Shown here: one piece after another, positions 52,169 through 62,321 of the stretch | How the letters are laid out: each line of letters starts with the position of its first letter | How positions within the stretch are numbered: the stretch's first letter is position 1 | Assembly (NCBI GenBank): GCA_946965045.2 | Contig: OX337238.1 | Coordinates: forward strand, 372,001-436,000 | DNA length: 64,000 nt | Direction: 5' to 3' | Source: Epithemia pelagica | Taxonomy: Eukaryota; Protista; Bacillariophyta | Notes under the pieces: generated by a model | What the model saw: the letters and a program-made list of their open reading frames with translations, nothing else | Told to the model about the DNA's origin: nothing | Databases searched by the model: none | Program-made: the position numbers and the translations under genes

Positions 52169-53926
52169 GGTTATGAGCCCAAGCGGTTCCACTGGGTTGT
52201 AACAGTATTCACCTTACTGATGACCGTTTACTTACCGACAAGAATTGTTTTACTTAACGATTCATTCGTGGTACGACAAATTTCATTTGTGCCCCCTACA
52301 CGAATCCGAACCCTGACGCGACCGACATTCGGCAACTGGGAGTCAACATTGCAGTTGGAGACTTGGTCCACCAACCAGAACACTCCGTTACTGGGCCCAA
52401 CACAACTTGGAGCACGGGAACTAACACTCACTTTTTGGTCCAAACCAAAACAGACTCCAACTTACCGCTTACCTTTGCTGTTGAGTTCCTTGCCTTTGCC
52501 TACTATCTTTGAGACCATGAAGATCCCTACTCCTGTTTCAACGCCCAAGAAGACCTCTGGAGTCGGTTCCCTTTCAGCCGATACTCAGATGAATGGTATC
52601 ACTTTGACTGCCGCCAAGAGTCGTACTTTTGAACTCGGAGCTTTCGCCGACACGGTCTCTCCCGCCTATCGCAGTTCCTTATCCGGGAAGACGCTGTTTG
52701 ACTTTCGTAATGAAGCCGTTGTTGGACTTACTCCTCCCTTCAGTTTCACCTGGGCCGTTGTCAGTACGACCGATGACAAGTCCTTCTTTGACGACAACAA
52801 CAAGATTATGATGCAACTTTATACACTCAAGACACGTCTTACGACGTACTGCATGCATTCGGTGTTTGATATCCTTCCTGTTGATGAAGAAACCGGCATT
52901 TTAGACTCGTCAGGTGCTACTTTGAGCTTACTCGACCATGCTTGTTCGCTCTCCGAGGCTCAAGTCCGCTTGAGCAACCAGATCTATGCCGAACGCACCA
53001 CCGATAGTCTGCACCCGCAGAATCTGTCTTGGACTCAGGACTTGTTGCTTGCCTCCTGTGATGGGACTCTTCGCGCCGATCTTGAAAATCGCTTGGTCAC
53101 GATCCCTGACAACGAGCAGGGTGGGCCCTTGGTTCTTCATATGATCCTCACGCAACTCATGACGACTACTACCGACGCCGCTCGTGGTATCGTCCGCCGA
53201 TTGGAGAAACACAGCGTCACTGCCTATCCTGGTGAAAACATAAATCAGTTTTGCTCTACGTTTAACAATGTGGTTCTACGTTTGAACTTGAGTGGACATG
53301 TCCCGGCTGACATTTGCAGTATCTTCGTCGAACGACTTCTCACTTGCACGGTTCCAAAGTTTCTCAGCATGATGGACTATTTGGAGAATCATGACGACCC
53401 CATCCTTCAAGACTTTTTCGGATTACGCGAACGTGTCGTGGCAAAATACCATTCTCTTTTGTTGTCCGAGAAATGGCTTCCGACCGTCAAGACCGACACC
53501 TCCGCTTTTCCTGCTCTCACTGAGACCAAGAAAGCTGCTCCGGTTGGAACCCCCAAGTCGAACAATGGTCGTCGTCCACCTTTACCGATCGACACTACTC
53601 CTCCTGGTCCTGGTGAGGCCAACTCCAAGCCTCATCCGACGAATCCCAAGCGCAAATTGTGGTGGTGTGCCTTGTGTCCGAATGGTACTCCAAACGGCAT
53701 CGGCCGTTGGGGTAACCACAGCACAGACCGTCATGACCCCACCAAGGTGAATTCCAGCCGCTCTCCTGCAGCCACACCCTCTGACACGGCTGCCATTGCG
53801 AACACTACGGATTCTCCTCCAGCCGCCGACACCCCTTTGACTGACAGTGCCACTGCTACACCGACTGCTGCACCACCCCAGACTTACGCCAATGTTGCCC
53901 TTACCTCCTTGCGGGATTTTCGCTAG
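52073..53926 (+). CDS. Element C gag (true start probably downstream, e.g. ATG ~52518)
   Basis: Gag-like GGPLVLHMIL, YPGENI; C-x2-C-x13-H-x4-H; stop TAG 53924-53926. Confidence 0.85.
   Translation: MTMGTSLNGTAASFGHSTNNLSGGTENSFTMRGYEPKRFHWVVTVFTLLMTVYLPTRIVLLNDSFVVRQISFVPPTRIRTLTRPTFGNWESTLQLETWSTNQNTPLLGPTQLGARELTLTFWSKPKQTPTYRLPLLLSSLPLPTIFETMKIPTPVSTPKKTSGVGSLSADTQMNGITLTAAKSRTFELGAFADTVSPAYRSSLSGKTLFDFRNEAVVGLTPPFSFTWAVVSTTDDKSFFDDNNKIMMQLYTLKTRLTTYCMHSVFDILPVDEETGILDSSGATLSLLDHACSLSEAQVRLSNQIYAERTTDSLHPQNLSWTQDLLLASCDGTLRADLENRLVTIPDNEQGGPLVLHMILTQLMTTTTDAARGIVRRLEKHSVTAYPGENINQFCSTFNNVVLRLNLSGHVPADICSIFVERLLTCTVPKFLSMMDYLENHDDPILQDFFGLRERVVAKYHSLLLSEKWLPTVKTDTSAFPALTETKKAAPVGTPKSNNGRRPPLPIDTTPPGPGEANSKPHPTNPKRKLWWCALCPNGTPNGIGRWGNHSTDRHDPTKVNSSRSPAATPSDTAAIANTTDSPPAADTPLTDSATATPTAAPPQTYANVALTSLRDFR
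52169..52182 (+). promoter_or_regulatory. PBS of element C, complementary to the tRNA-iMet anticodon arm
   Basis: GGTTATGAGCCCAA. Confidence 0.85.
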
Positions 53927-53931
53927 GGCGG

Positions 53932-56900
53932 GTGTTTCTCCAGCACTCCAATGCCCTCTATCCTCCTTGGTTGGACACCATTCTTTGTTGGCTATGCCTC
54001 TGTGGTTGGTTTTGTTTGATCTCGACGGTTGATTGTTTTGTGTTGACTTTGGTTGGTTGTTTGTATCGGTTTACGTCGTCCAGTCGAGCTCACCTTCGTC
54101 ACCTCAATCGATTGCTTCCCAAACCTCCGTTCCATTTTCCTCCTAGTGGTTTCGATAGTCGCCTTTGCTTATCCGATCACGTGATTTGTTTGACTCCACT
54201 TTCGGTCCTTTACCTTGCCTTTCATCTCCTCATGTTCACGTCGTCAACTTACCCTTTGGGAGTCATGAGTTTCACTCCTCCACGGGTCAGGGGCGAGCAT
54301 GGTACGAGAACACGAAGACGCACATGGTCCAAGTCAAGATCTGCCACGAATTGGAACCATTGGCCCACGATACGTGCTTTACGTTTGCACAATCACACGG
54401 TTGATTGTTACGACAAGCTCAAGTTGTTACCTTTGTCAAGAGATCCCAAGATCTATACCCTTGGTCCAGATTTTAGCAACCTTTTACGTGCGAATTGTGA
54501 GACACCCCGTTTCACATACCGTTATGCCATGCATCATATTGATCCGACCATGATCGTATCTCAAGTCGCTCACACTGACGACGCTCCAAGTGATCCAGTG
54601 GTACCCATCATCCTTGACACTGGCGCCTCCAACGGCTTAACCATGCGTGAGGATGATTTTGTTGAGCTGGTATACGGTAATTACGGATCCATGTCCACTG
54701 CCGCAAGTGACAACCGCTTTCCTATCATCGGTACCGGTATTGTTGGATATGACGCCATTCACGAAGACGGCACTGTACGACGATGGGTCTATCCAGCCAA
54801 CCTCTGTAAGGCAGCTGGTACAAGACTTTGCTCTCCACAGATTAACGCTGCTTACCTCCGTCAAGATCAACGTTTCCCAACTTTCGTCAGCAACCAATCA
54901 TTCGCAAGCATTATGATTGACAAGGAATCCGAACGGCGTATTACTGTACCCATCGACTATTCCAGTAATCTTCCCATCGTTCGAGTGAAGCACATCAAGA
55001 ATCACACTCAAGCAACGGCCCAGCACCGACCGGTTGATTGTCGTTGCGGATTTAATCAGTGGTGTCGATGTCACTTGGAAACTGCATCTGTGACCAATAA
55101 TCAGCTCACATTGCATCAGTTCTTGACCGAACATGACGAAAATCCCTTGGACGAGATGAATCGGAACTTGAGCCGACCACAGAAACAATTGTTGTTGGAT
55201 CATCAACGCTTGGGACATATTCACATGCGTCGTCTCCAGAGGCTCTATCGTGACAACTCGAACTCTGACCCAAGCGATGGCACATCATCATGTCTACCTT
55301 GCACATTCAAGAGCAGTGGTAGTTGTGATGCACCACAATGCCTGGCATGTTTGTACGCCAAAGCTCGACGTCGGCCAACCCAGTCCAAGGCTAATGTACC
55401 ACACTCCCAAGCAGGCCATTTGACTCCAACAGACCGAAAACTCTCTCCCGGTGAATTGGTTTCAATGGATCACTTCGAGTCCACCGTTCGAGGCCGCCTT
55501 TGGCACACACGAGGCCGCGAAAGACCAGAGCATCGCTTTGTGGGTGGTACCATTTTCTTTGACCACGGTTCAAAAGCCATTTTCTGCTATCCACAAGTCT
55601 CCCTTGGTAGCAGCGACACCATTAATTCCAAGAACCAATTCGAAGTCTCCCTCCATCAGGCTGGCCGACAGGTTACTCGATACCATTCTGATAACGGTGT
55701 CTTTACCTCAGACGCTTTTCAGGAATCTCTCAAGACCAATCGGAACACTTTTCCTTCTCCCTTGAGCACACTCTCTGGTGTCGGAGCTCATCACGCCAAT
55801 GCAGGTGCTGAACGGGCGATTCAAACAGTTACATACATGGCCCGAGCCATGATGATCCATTGTCACATTCGATGGCCGTCAGCATTTTCACCGTCTTTAT
55901 GGCCCATGGCCCTTGAATACGCCACCTGGATCTACAATCACGTCCCTCAAGAAGACAACGACATGTGTCCAATGGAAGTGTTCTCTGGCACCAAGATCGA
56001 TTGTACTCTGCTGCGTCGAGTTCGTGTGTGGGGTTGTCCCAGTTACGTGTTGGATCCAAAACTGCAGGACGGTAAGAAACTTCCCAAGTGGGCACGGCGG
56101 TCTCGTCGTGGTCAGTTCTTGGGTTTCTCTCCCCAACATTCTAGTCTAGTGGGCATGATTCGGAATTTGGACACCGGCCACATTTCCCCCCAGTTTCATG
56201 TGGTGTACGACGAATTATTTATGTCTGTCAATAGCACGTGGTCATTCCCCCAAGACAACAGTTTACCCGACTTCTTTACCCGCGATCATTATCTCGACGA
56301 CCACGATCCGACACGTGATGGACCGTTACCCGACTTGGATTCAGTCTGGTCCCTTCCCAAGGTATCCTTCGACGACACTTCATCCCTTCCAGTTCCGAAT
56401 GTCCCCGAGGGCGAGCGAGCAGAGCAACCGTCACACGACCAGCCTACTACACCAAGCACACCATTATATCTTGGTCGTAACCATCGCCGGACGACTCTTG
56501 AATCTCATCCTAACGTGACACCCATCCAATTGGACGATATCACTCCCCTGCCACCTCTTGCCGAGACTGACGAGACTGACTCTTTCGATTCCACTTCCGA
56601 CGACATGCCTACCACACCTCGATCCAAACCGGGCGAGTCGTCACCCAGCTCAAAATCGGGCGAGTTGTCACCTCGTTCAAAAACGGGCGAGTCGTCACCT
56701 CGTTCAAAAACGGGCGAGTCGTCACCAAGTCCAGCCTCTGATGCGACGCACGAACCCACTACAGGCCGACCTCACCGTCAACGTCGCGCTCCAGTACGAT
56801 TTCCAGACAATGTGGATTCCCATCAAGACAGCTCTTGGGCCCACACAAGTGTCACAGAGCAACGTTTCTCCATGACGGCTATCAACGACGATCCAACAGC

Positions 56901-58668
56901 TTTTGGACACTATGCCAACTCCATCAAGTGGGATTTTCCTAACGGACTAGACCCAGACAAGCTCACATCTACCTTCGATTCACGGCTCTTGGCTCAAATC
57001 CAGTCGCCATTAGGCATCATCGACGATTGGCATCCACTCTACTTCAGTGCCAAAGCCATTAACGAAGACGCGCCATCCTACTTCGACATCCGTTTGTTGT
57101 CTCAGGAAGAACAGGACAAGTGGATTGCGGCTATGGACAAGGAGTTAAACGAGCTCGAGAACAAGAAAACATTCAAACTTGTCCCTCGTATCCAAGCGAA
57201 AGGAAAGGAGATCGTAGACGTTATGTGGACCTTTGTACGGAAACGGAAACCAGATGGGACCATCTCACGGTATAAGGCAAGGTTGGTCGTCCGTGGAGAT
57301 CAGCAGAAAGCATCTTTTAGCCGAGACGATACCTTCGCACCAGTGATTGATTGGCCAACCGTCCGTCTTCTTCTCAACTTGTCCATCCAACACAATCTAC
57401 ACACGGTCTCAATCGATTTCAAGAACGCCTTTGTCCAATCGGATCTACCCGAACCGATCTATGTCAATCTGCCACAAGGGTATGGGGCAGGCCAGAGCGA
57501 CAAAGTCCTAAAAGTGACCAAGAGTCTTTACGGCGATTGTCGGGCACCACGACTATGGTACGATTACCTACGCAACAAACTGGAACAAATTGGACTCAAG
57601 CCTGACGGTTCCGACCCATGTCTCTTCATTGGAATGGGCTGTGTGATGATCACGTACGTTGACGACGCAGTGATTTGTGGACACGACGAAGCAAGCGTCA
57701 ATCGAATCCTCGAGGGACTGACACAGATGAAGATGGACTACAAACATCTCGGAGATCTTCCAACGTACCTCGGAGTTGAAATCAAGCATCATGAGAATGG
57801 CACCGTCGAGCTACGACAACCGCACTTGACTCGTAGCATCATCAGCGCATTGGGACTCGAAAAATCCAATCCCAAGGCTACACCTGCCACGAAAACAATT
57901 GGAAAAGACCTGGACGGAACACCACTCAACGCCGACTACAATTACCGATCCGTGGTGGGCATGCTCCTCTACCTCGGGAATAACACGCGACCCGACTGCG
58001 CATTCGCCATCAACCAAACGGCACGATTCAGCAACAACCCCACAGCACTACATGGAGAGGCACTAAAACGAATCGGTCGCTACCTCATGGGAACCGCAGA
58101 GAGGGGCCTAATCCTAAAACCATCCAAGGATCTGAGTCTGCATTGTTATGTGGACGCCGATTTCGCTGGCCTGTGGAGTAACGAGAACCCCGATGATCCA
58201 ACTTCCGTACGGTCGCGCACCGGGTTCATCATTACCATCGGTCAATCCCCCATCACATGGAGCAGTAAACTACAAACTGAGATTGCACTCTCAACCATGG
58301 AAGCCGAGTATATTGCTGCCTCAACCAGCATGCGTACACTCCTTCCACTACGCAATCAATTGGCCAAGATTATCACTCATTTGCATCTGAATCCAGCGGG
58401 CCCAAGTTTCGTTTGCACCATCTGGGAAGACAATCAAGCCGCCTTACAACTGGCGACGAAAGATCCACCGCGAATGACACCACGTAGCAAACACATTGGA
58501 ATCAAATATCACTGGTTCCGCGCACACATCAACTCACCCAACAGCACTGATCCAAACGGCATCTTCATGAAAGCGATCGCAACGACAGATCAACTTGGCG
58601 ATGCCTTCACCAAACCATTGGACACAGGACCTTTCGAAACGGCTCGCAAAAAGATCATGGGTTGGTAG
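53932..58668 (+). CDS. Element C pol (hydrophobic leader, PR, IN, RT, RNase H) in the -1 frame relative to gag
   Basis: IILDTGAS; HQRLGH..CLAC; VSMDHF/YHSDNG/AERAI; YVDDA; YVDADFAG, WEDNQ, LGDAFTK. Confidence 0.95.
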   Translation: MFLQHSNALYPPWLDTILCWLCLCGWFCLISTVDCFVLTLVGCLYRFTSSSRAHLRHLNRLLPKPPFHFPPSGFDSRLCLSDHVICLTPLSVLYLAFHLLMFTSSTYPLGVMSFTPPRVRGEHGTRTRRRTWSKSRSATNWNHWPTIRALRLHNHTVDCYDKLKLLPLSRDPKIYTLGPDFSNLLRANCETPRFTYRYAMHHIDPTMIVSQVAHTDDAPSDPVVPIILDTGASNGLTMREDDFVELVYGNYGSMSTAASDNRFPIIGTGIVGYDAIHEDGTVRRWVYPANLCKAAGTRLCSPQINAAYLRQDQRFPTFVSNQSFASIMIDKESERRITVPIDYSSNLPIVRVKHIKNHTQATAQHRPVDCRCGFNQWCRCHLETASVTNNQLTLHQFLTEHDENPLDEMNRNLSRPQKQLLLDHQRLGHIHMRRLQRLYRDNSNSDPSDGTSSCLPCTFKSSGSCDAPQCLACLYAKARRRPTQSKANVPHSQAGHLTPTDRKLSPGELVSMDHFESTVRGRLWHTRGRERPEHRFVGGTIFFDHGSKAIFCYPQVSLGSSDTINSKNQFEVSLHQAGRQVTRYHSDNGVFTSDAFQESLKTNRNTFPSPLSTLSGVGAHHANAGAERAIQTVTYMARAMMIHCHIRWPSAFSPSLWPMALEYATWIYNHVPQEDNDMCPMEVFSGTKIDCTLLRRVRVWGCPSYVLDPKLQDGKKLPKWARRSRRGQFLGFSPQHSSLVGMIRNLDTGHISPQFHVVYDELFMSVNSTWSFPQDNSLPDFFTRDHYLDDHDPTRDGPLPDLDSVWSLPKVSFDDTSSLPVPNVPEGERAEQPSHDQPTTPSTPLYLGRNHRRTTLESHPNVTPIQLDDITPLPPLAETDETDSFDSTSDDMPTTPRSKPGESSPSSKSGELSPRSKTGESSPRSKTGESSPSPASDATHEPTTGRPHRQRRAPVRFPDNVDSHQDSSWAHTSVTEQRFSMTAINDDPTAFGHYANSIKWDFPNGLDPDKLTSTFDSRLLAQIQSPLGIIDDWHPLYFSAKAINEDAPSYFDIRLLSQEEQDKWIAAMDKELNELENKKTFKLVPRIQAKGKEIVDVMWTFVRKRKPDGTISRYKARLVVRGDQQKASFSRDDTFAPVIDWPTVRLLLNLSIQHNLHTVSIDFKNAFVQSDLPEPIYVNLPQGYGAGQSDKVLKVTKSLYGDCRAPRLWYDYLRNKLEQIGLKPDGSDPCLFIGMGCVMITYVDDAVICGHDEASVNRILEGLTQMKMDYKHLGDLPTYLGVEIKHHENGTVELRQPHLTRSIISALGLEKSNPKATPATKTIGKDLDGTPLNADYNYRSVVGMLLYLGNNTRPDCAFAINQTARFSNNPTALHGEALKRIGRYLMGTAERGLILKPSKDLSLHCYVDADFAGLWSNENPDDPTSVRSRTGFIITIGQSPITWSSKLQTEIALSTMEAEYIAASTSMRTLLPLRNQLAKIITHLHLNPAGPSFVCTIWEDNQAALQLATKDPPRMTPRSKHIGIKYHWFRAHINSPNSTDPNGIFMKAIATTDQLGDAFTKPLDTGPFETARKKIMGW
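56629..56731 (+). repeat. 27-nt tandem repeat, ~4 copies, in the IN-RT spacer of element C
   Basis: (a/t)cgggcgagt(c/t)gtcacctcgttcaaaa units; protein GESSPRSKT. Confidence 0.9.
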
Positions 58669-58686
58669 CCCTCGGTCAAGGGCGAG

Positions 58687-58955
58687 TATCAGCGTTCATG
58701 CGCCTCTTCCATTCACTCCCACACATGCAACAAAAATATCGACCTCGCACTACACCCAACTTAGCTCCTAGTCATAATTTGAGAAGTAACAAAACTTGCA
58801 CTACAGTTTACATTCGTCCCTAGCAGAATCTTACGAACTGCAAACCGGAACTTTTCCGAATGACCATGGGAACCTCCCTCAACGGAACGGCCGCCTCATT
58901 CGGACATTCTACGAACAACTTGTCGGGTGGAACAGAAAACTCCTTCACAATGAGA
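58687..58955 (+). repeat. 3' LTR of element C
   Basis: Matches 51900-52168. Confidence 0.95.
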
Positions 58956-59233
58956 GAACCGGGGAATTGCAAACAAAGCCAGGGGGATTGCAAACAAAAC
59001 AGGAAGATTGCAAACAACAACAAACAGCAGCAAGGGGATCGCAAACTGCTACTTCCATACAAAAAACAAAGCATTACATTGTTATATACATCGGGGAGCC
59101 ATAATCGTAGAGAGAGAGAGAGAGAGAGAAACAGGGGATACGCTCCTCCTCGTGAGGGACATTGATTTTAGGGGGTCGCGAGTCTACAAAAAACTCATGG
59201 ATTGGAAAGTAACCTAGAGATCCACCTTTTGTT
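58956..59233 (+). repeat. Copy 1 of a dispersed ~250-300-bp repeat (left end at 51876-51899, split by element C)
   Basis: Roughly 80% similar by eye to 62322-62567. Confidence 0.8.
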
Positions 59234-59334
59234 TCATATATCATGGTCTTGCCTGGACCTAGCAAAGCAGAGAAATCCATGGACTTGTCCTGTGCACGCT
59301 AGAGAGCGCACCGTTTCTCGTCGGTGAAGGACAA

Positions 59335-59520
59335 GCTCCATCCTCCTCGTCACCACCAACGACGACAAGCGCATCTCTCCCCGGGACGAGGCCCCCAACC
59401 ACCACTGCGACAAGTCCATCGGACGGGAATAACCACCACAACCAAAAGGCATTTACAGATGATGCCCTCATGAACATGTTGTTTGATGACGACGACGACA
59501 AAAACAACATTGTGACTCGC
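59335..59520 (+). pseudogene. Isolated fragment paralogous to the sulfotransferase-like gene (43020-43215)
   Basis: SSSPPTTTSASLPGT...KAFTDDALMNMLFDDDD vs SSSPPTTTTTILPGT...KALNDALMNMVFENDD. Confidence 0.7.
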
Positions 59521-59596
59521 TTTTTGTTGCAACAAAACCTGAAACACCCCATGACCCGGATATATGCGTAATGATGATGAAATAGGATGACGTGTC

Positions 59597-61345
59597 GTGT
59601 TTCGGTTTATGTTTTTGTTGAGGTCAAGGTTGCCGGCTTACCCTACATTGCTTCTGAACGGAATTTTTTTACTAGGTAGTTCAATGGTGACAACCTCTGG
59701 TACTGGCACTAACACTGGCAACTGGCACATCTTTACGGCGACAAAACCAAGAAAAAGACTCCTCTGGACAAGATACAGATGGATGATGGCAAGGACGCCG
59801 CAAGGAAGAGATGGTTCCGGGGAGCCTTCAGCAAAATCTAGCCGAATGGATCCAAAATATTCACGCAGTTATCGCTTCGTGGAAGCCATCATGAACCAAA
59901 CCAACTTTCAGCAACAGACGCCAGGCAGCAGTAGTGCCGGGATCCATGCGGTAGCCAAAGACTTGCCCGACCCATACTCGGATCATACTTCTGATGTCGT
60001 CATTAGGGATGATGACCTCAATTTTTGGAGGGATGCCATTGCAACGTTGGAAAACCCAAAGAAACGAAATCGAATGGCGGTTGTTGGTACACCTGGTATC
60101 GGAAAGACTACATCTTCTTTGTTCGCTATGCGGTTGTTGCTTCAAATGGGCAAGACAGTGGTGTATTTGTACAGAACACCGGAGAAATCGAACCATTACA
60201 TTCAGATGACTCCGCAAAAACGCGGAACCGACAATGTCGCTGTCGAACACTTCCTAGAAACGACAGCAGCAACCAATATTCCAGCCCTTCGAAATAGGGA
60301 AACGTACTATGTCGTCGATCCGGGACAAACCAAAGACCATTGCAACCCCGAAGGTGGAGTGATGGGAAGAGTTATTATTGTTGCGTCGCCGGACGAGAGA
60401 CATTGGGGATCTGGCTTTCCGAAGAAGGAACCTGGGCGTGACCCCGGTATGTTTCGCTATTTTCCTCCTTGGACCCTGCCCCAGCTCAAAGCGAGCGTGG
60501 AACATATTGCTGGCTTGGACATGGTTACTGACGATATTGAACGGCTCTTTTCGCTGTTCGGGGGCATTCCTCGGATGGTCTACGATCTTGACCAGCAAGA
60601 CGAAAACATGCGTGCACTAAAGAGGAAAGTACACGCCTTGCAGTTGTCTCAGATGCAAACGCTGCTTTCGGGACGAGTGGACATCCATGTTGGATTTGGC
60701 CAAAATCAACCCAAAGGCGGCATCATCCTCTTCAGGCCGAATGACACCTATTCAGAAGTTTCATTGGAAGTGGTCTCTGACAAAATTGTTGATCTGATCC
60801 GTGAAGCCTTCATGGTTGCCGTGTGGGACGATCTTGCAACGTATGGATCACCTATCGCGTGGCAGTTGTTAGAGAGTCATGTTGCAGCATCTCTGCAACA
60901 AGAAAGAGGCTACGTGATTCGACCTTGCGTGGGGAAATCTGACGCTGGTTATTCCCAAGAAAGCACAGTCAACATTGGTGGTTGCACTTCAAAGGTGATC
61001 AAGTCCGACTGCACTGCAGCTGTTCGGGATGGGCAAGATATGGTTCTTTACTACTCGTCCAACCGCTTCCACCCATTGTACGATATGATTTTCAAGAGTG
61101 GCAATGTCTACAATGCCTTTCAGGTAACCATTGGCGCGAAACACAAAGCAACTAAAGCTGAAATTCAGAAAGTTGTCGACAGTCTTGGTATCACCAACGG
61201 CGGTGGACCAGAATTGCGCCTAATGTATGCTGTTCACGAAGGCGTCTTTGATAACTTTGTCACCAATCCCACTGTTCCGTTTGCACCGCCAGGCGTGTCC
61301 GCATATCACATGAAGATCGGGCCAATCAAGGGAATCCATGTTTGA
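59597..61345 (+). CDS. Crinkler/RHS-type protein: P-loop NTPase + PD-(D/E)xK-like nuclease (start uncertain)
   Basis: VVGTPGIGKT (Walker A), YYVVDPG (Walker B), IIVASPD, PPWTLPQL, FGGIPR; C-terminal PLYDMI...FQVTIGAKH. Confidence 0.75.
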   Translation: MFRFMFLLRSRLPAYPTLLLNGIFLLGSSMVTTSGTGTNTGNWHIFTATKPRKRLLWTRYRWMMARTPQGRDGSGEPSAKSSRMDPKYSRSYRFVEAIMNQTNFQQQTPGSSSAGIHAVAKDLPDPYSDHTSDVVIRDDDLNFWRDAIATLENPKKRNRMAVVGTPGIGKTTSSLFAMRLLLQMGKTVVYLYRTPEKSNHYIQMTPQKRGTDNVAVEHFLETTAATNIPALRNRETYYVVDPGQTKDHCNPEGGVMGRVIIVASPDERHWGSGFPKKEPGRDPGMFRYFPPWTLPQLKASVEHIAGLDMVTDDIERLFSLFGGIPRMVYDLDQQDENMRALKRKVHALQLSQMQTLLSGRVDIHVGFGQNQPKGGIILFRPNDTYSEVSLEVVSDKIVDLIREAFMVAVWDDLATYGSPIAWQLLESHVAASLQQERGYVIRPCVGKSDAGYSQESTVNIGGCTSKVIKSDCTAAVRDGQDMVLYYSSNRFHPLYDMIFKSGNVYNAFQVTIGAKHKATKAEIQKVVDSLGITNGGGPELRLMYAVHEGVFDNFVTNPTVPFAPPGVSAYHMKIGPIKGIHV

Positions 61346-62321
61346 CGTTAAGACCGAAACCTAAGAGAGCCATGACAGACTGCCACCTCTTCCTCTCCCA
61401 ATAATCTGAATTAGCGCAGGAAGTGAATTAGGACGTGGCATTGATTTGTAAAGATCTAGACCAACCCAGAACAGAATACCCGCGATTTGCTGGCGGCAAT
61501 CGAATCTGCTCTGAAAACGATGTGATCGGCCGAAATCCCCTCATACGTCGCTGCAATCTTCTCGCGCAACGTGGGCTCGCTCATAACCCTCACGACCGGC
61601 CTGATCCTTCCGCGAAAGGATGAACTCGTGCGCATGGGCCTTCTTCGCCGCCGCGATTGCATCGTCTTCCGTGGCATGTGCGGAGCCGTACAGAATGATA
61701 TCCACGTTGGTTGTGAGAAAAATGAAAGAGCGAGTCAGTTAGGGGCCTCGTCAAATGCCGACCAATGATGAACAGATGAAATACCAGCACCTGAAAACAT
61801 ATCTGCGGGGGTTGACACCGCCTCTACTCGCTTCTCGGGGTGCCAGGGAAGTATGCTAGTTCTCATGCTATGTTTTGGAAGCACCCGGTCAGGTGCTGTA
61901 CAGGTAACAACGTTACAGTAATTTCGTTCTATTACGAAAGGAATGGAGCTTGTTTGCTCCTTACCACTATTCTTTGTAAACTTATTGGGTACGGTCATCC
62001 ACCACATATCTTTTTCGTTGAGTTCTTGTTTTGGTCCACCTTTGTACTCTGTTGTCCCGTGTCCTGATCCAACACTATGGATGTCGTAGGTTTTATTGAA
62101 TCTTGAGGCCTGTTGTGCCGTGTTCTCAATGTGATGAGATGTCGTCTCCGTACTGTATTTCATCCGGTGGTCCTCCAATGTATTCCACAGCCATTTGAAA
62201 TCCACTGCTCTCTCCATTTCTTGTCTGAGCCTCCAGAAAATATCTGGTCCATTCCCATGGAAGACCTCCGTAGTATTTCATGGCCCATAACACGTCTCCG
62301 AATTCCAAATTTTTGTCGTTC

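Larger units (their letters stand above)
51900..58955 (+). mobile_element. Ty1/copia LTR retrotransposon C (CoDi-like), 7056 bp
   Basis: 269-bp LTRs (51900-52168, 58687-58955), identical by eye; 5-bp TSD GAACC (51895-51899, 58956-58960); PBS 52169-52182; PPT AAGGGCGAG 58678-58686. Confidence 0.97.

Noticed and set aside
56629-56731. CRISPR-like array
   Set aside because: Repeats are contiguous with no spacers and lie in frame within pol.
58860-59165. ORF starting MTMGTSLNG, same as the gag ORF start
   Set aside because: Arises from the LTR C duplication; the ATG is within the LTR.
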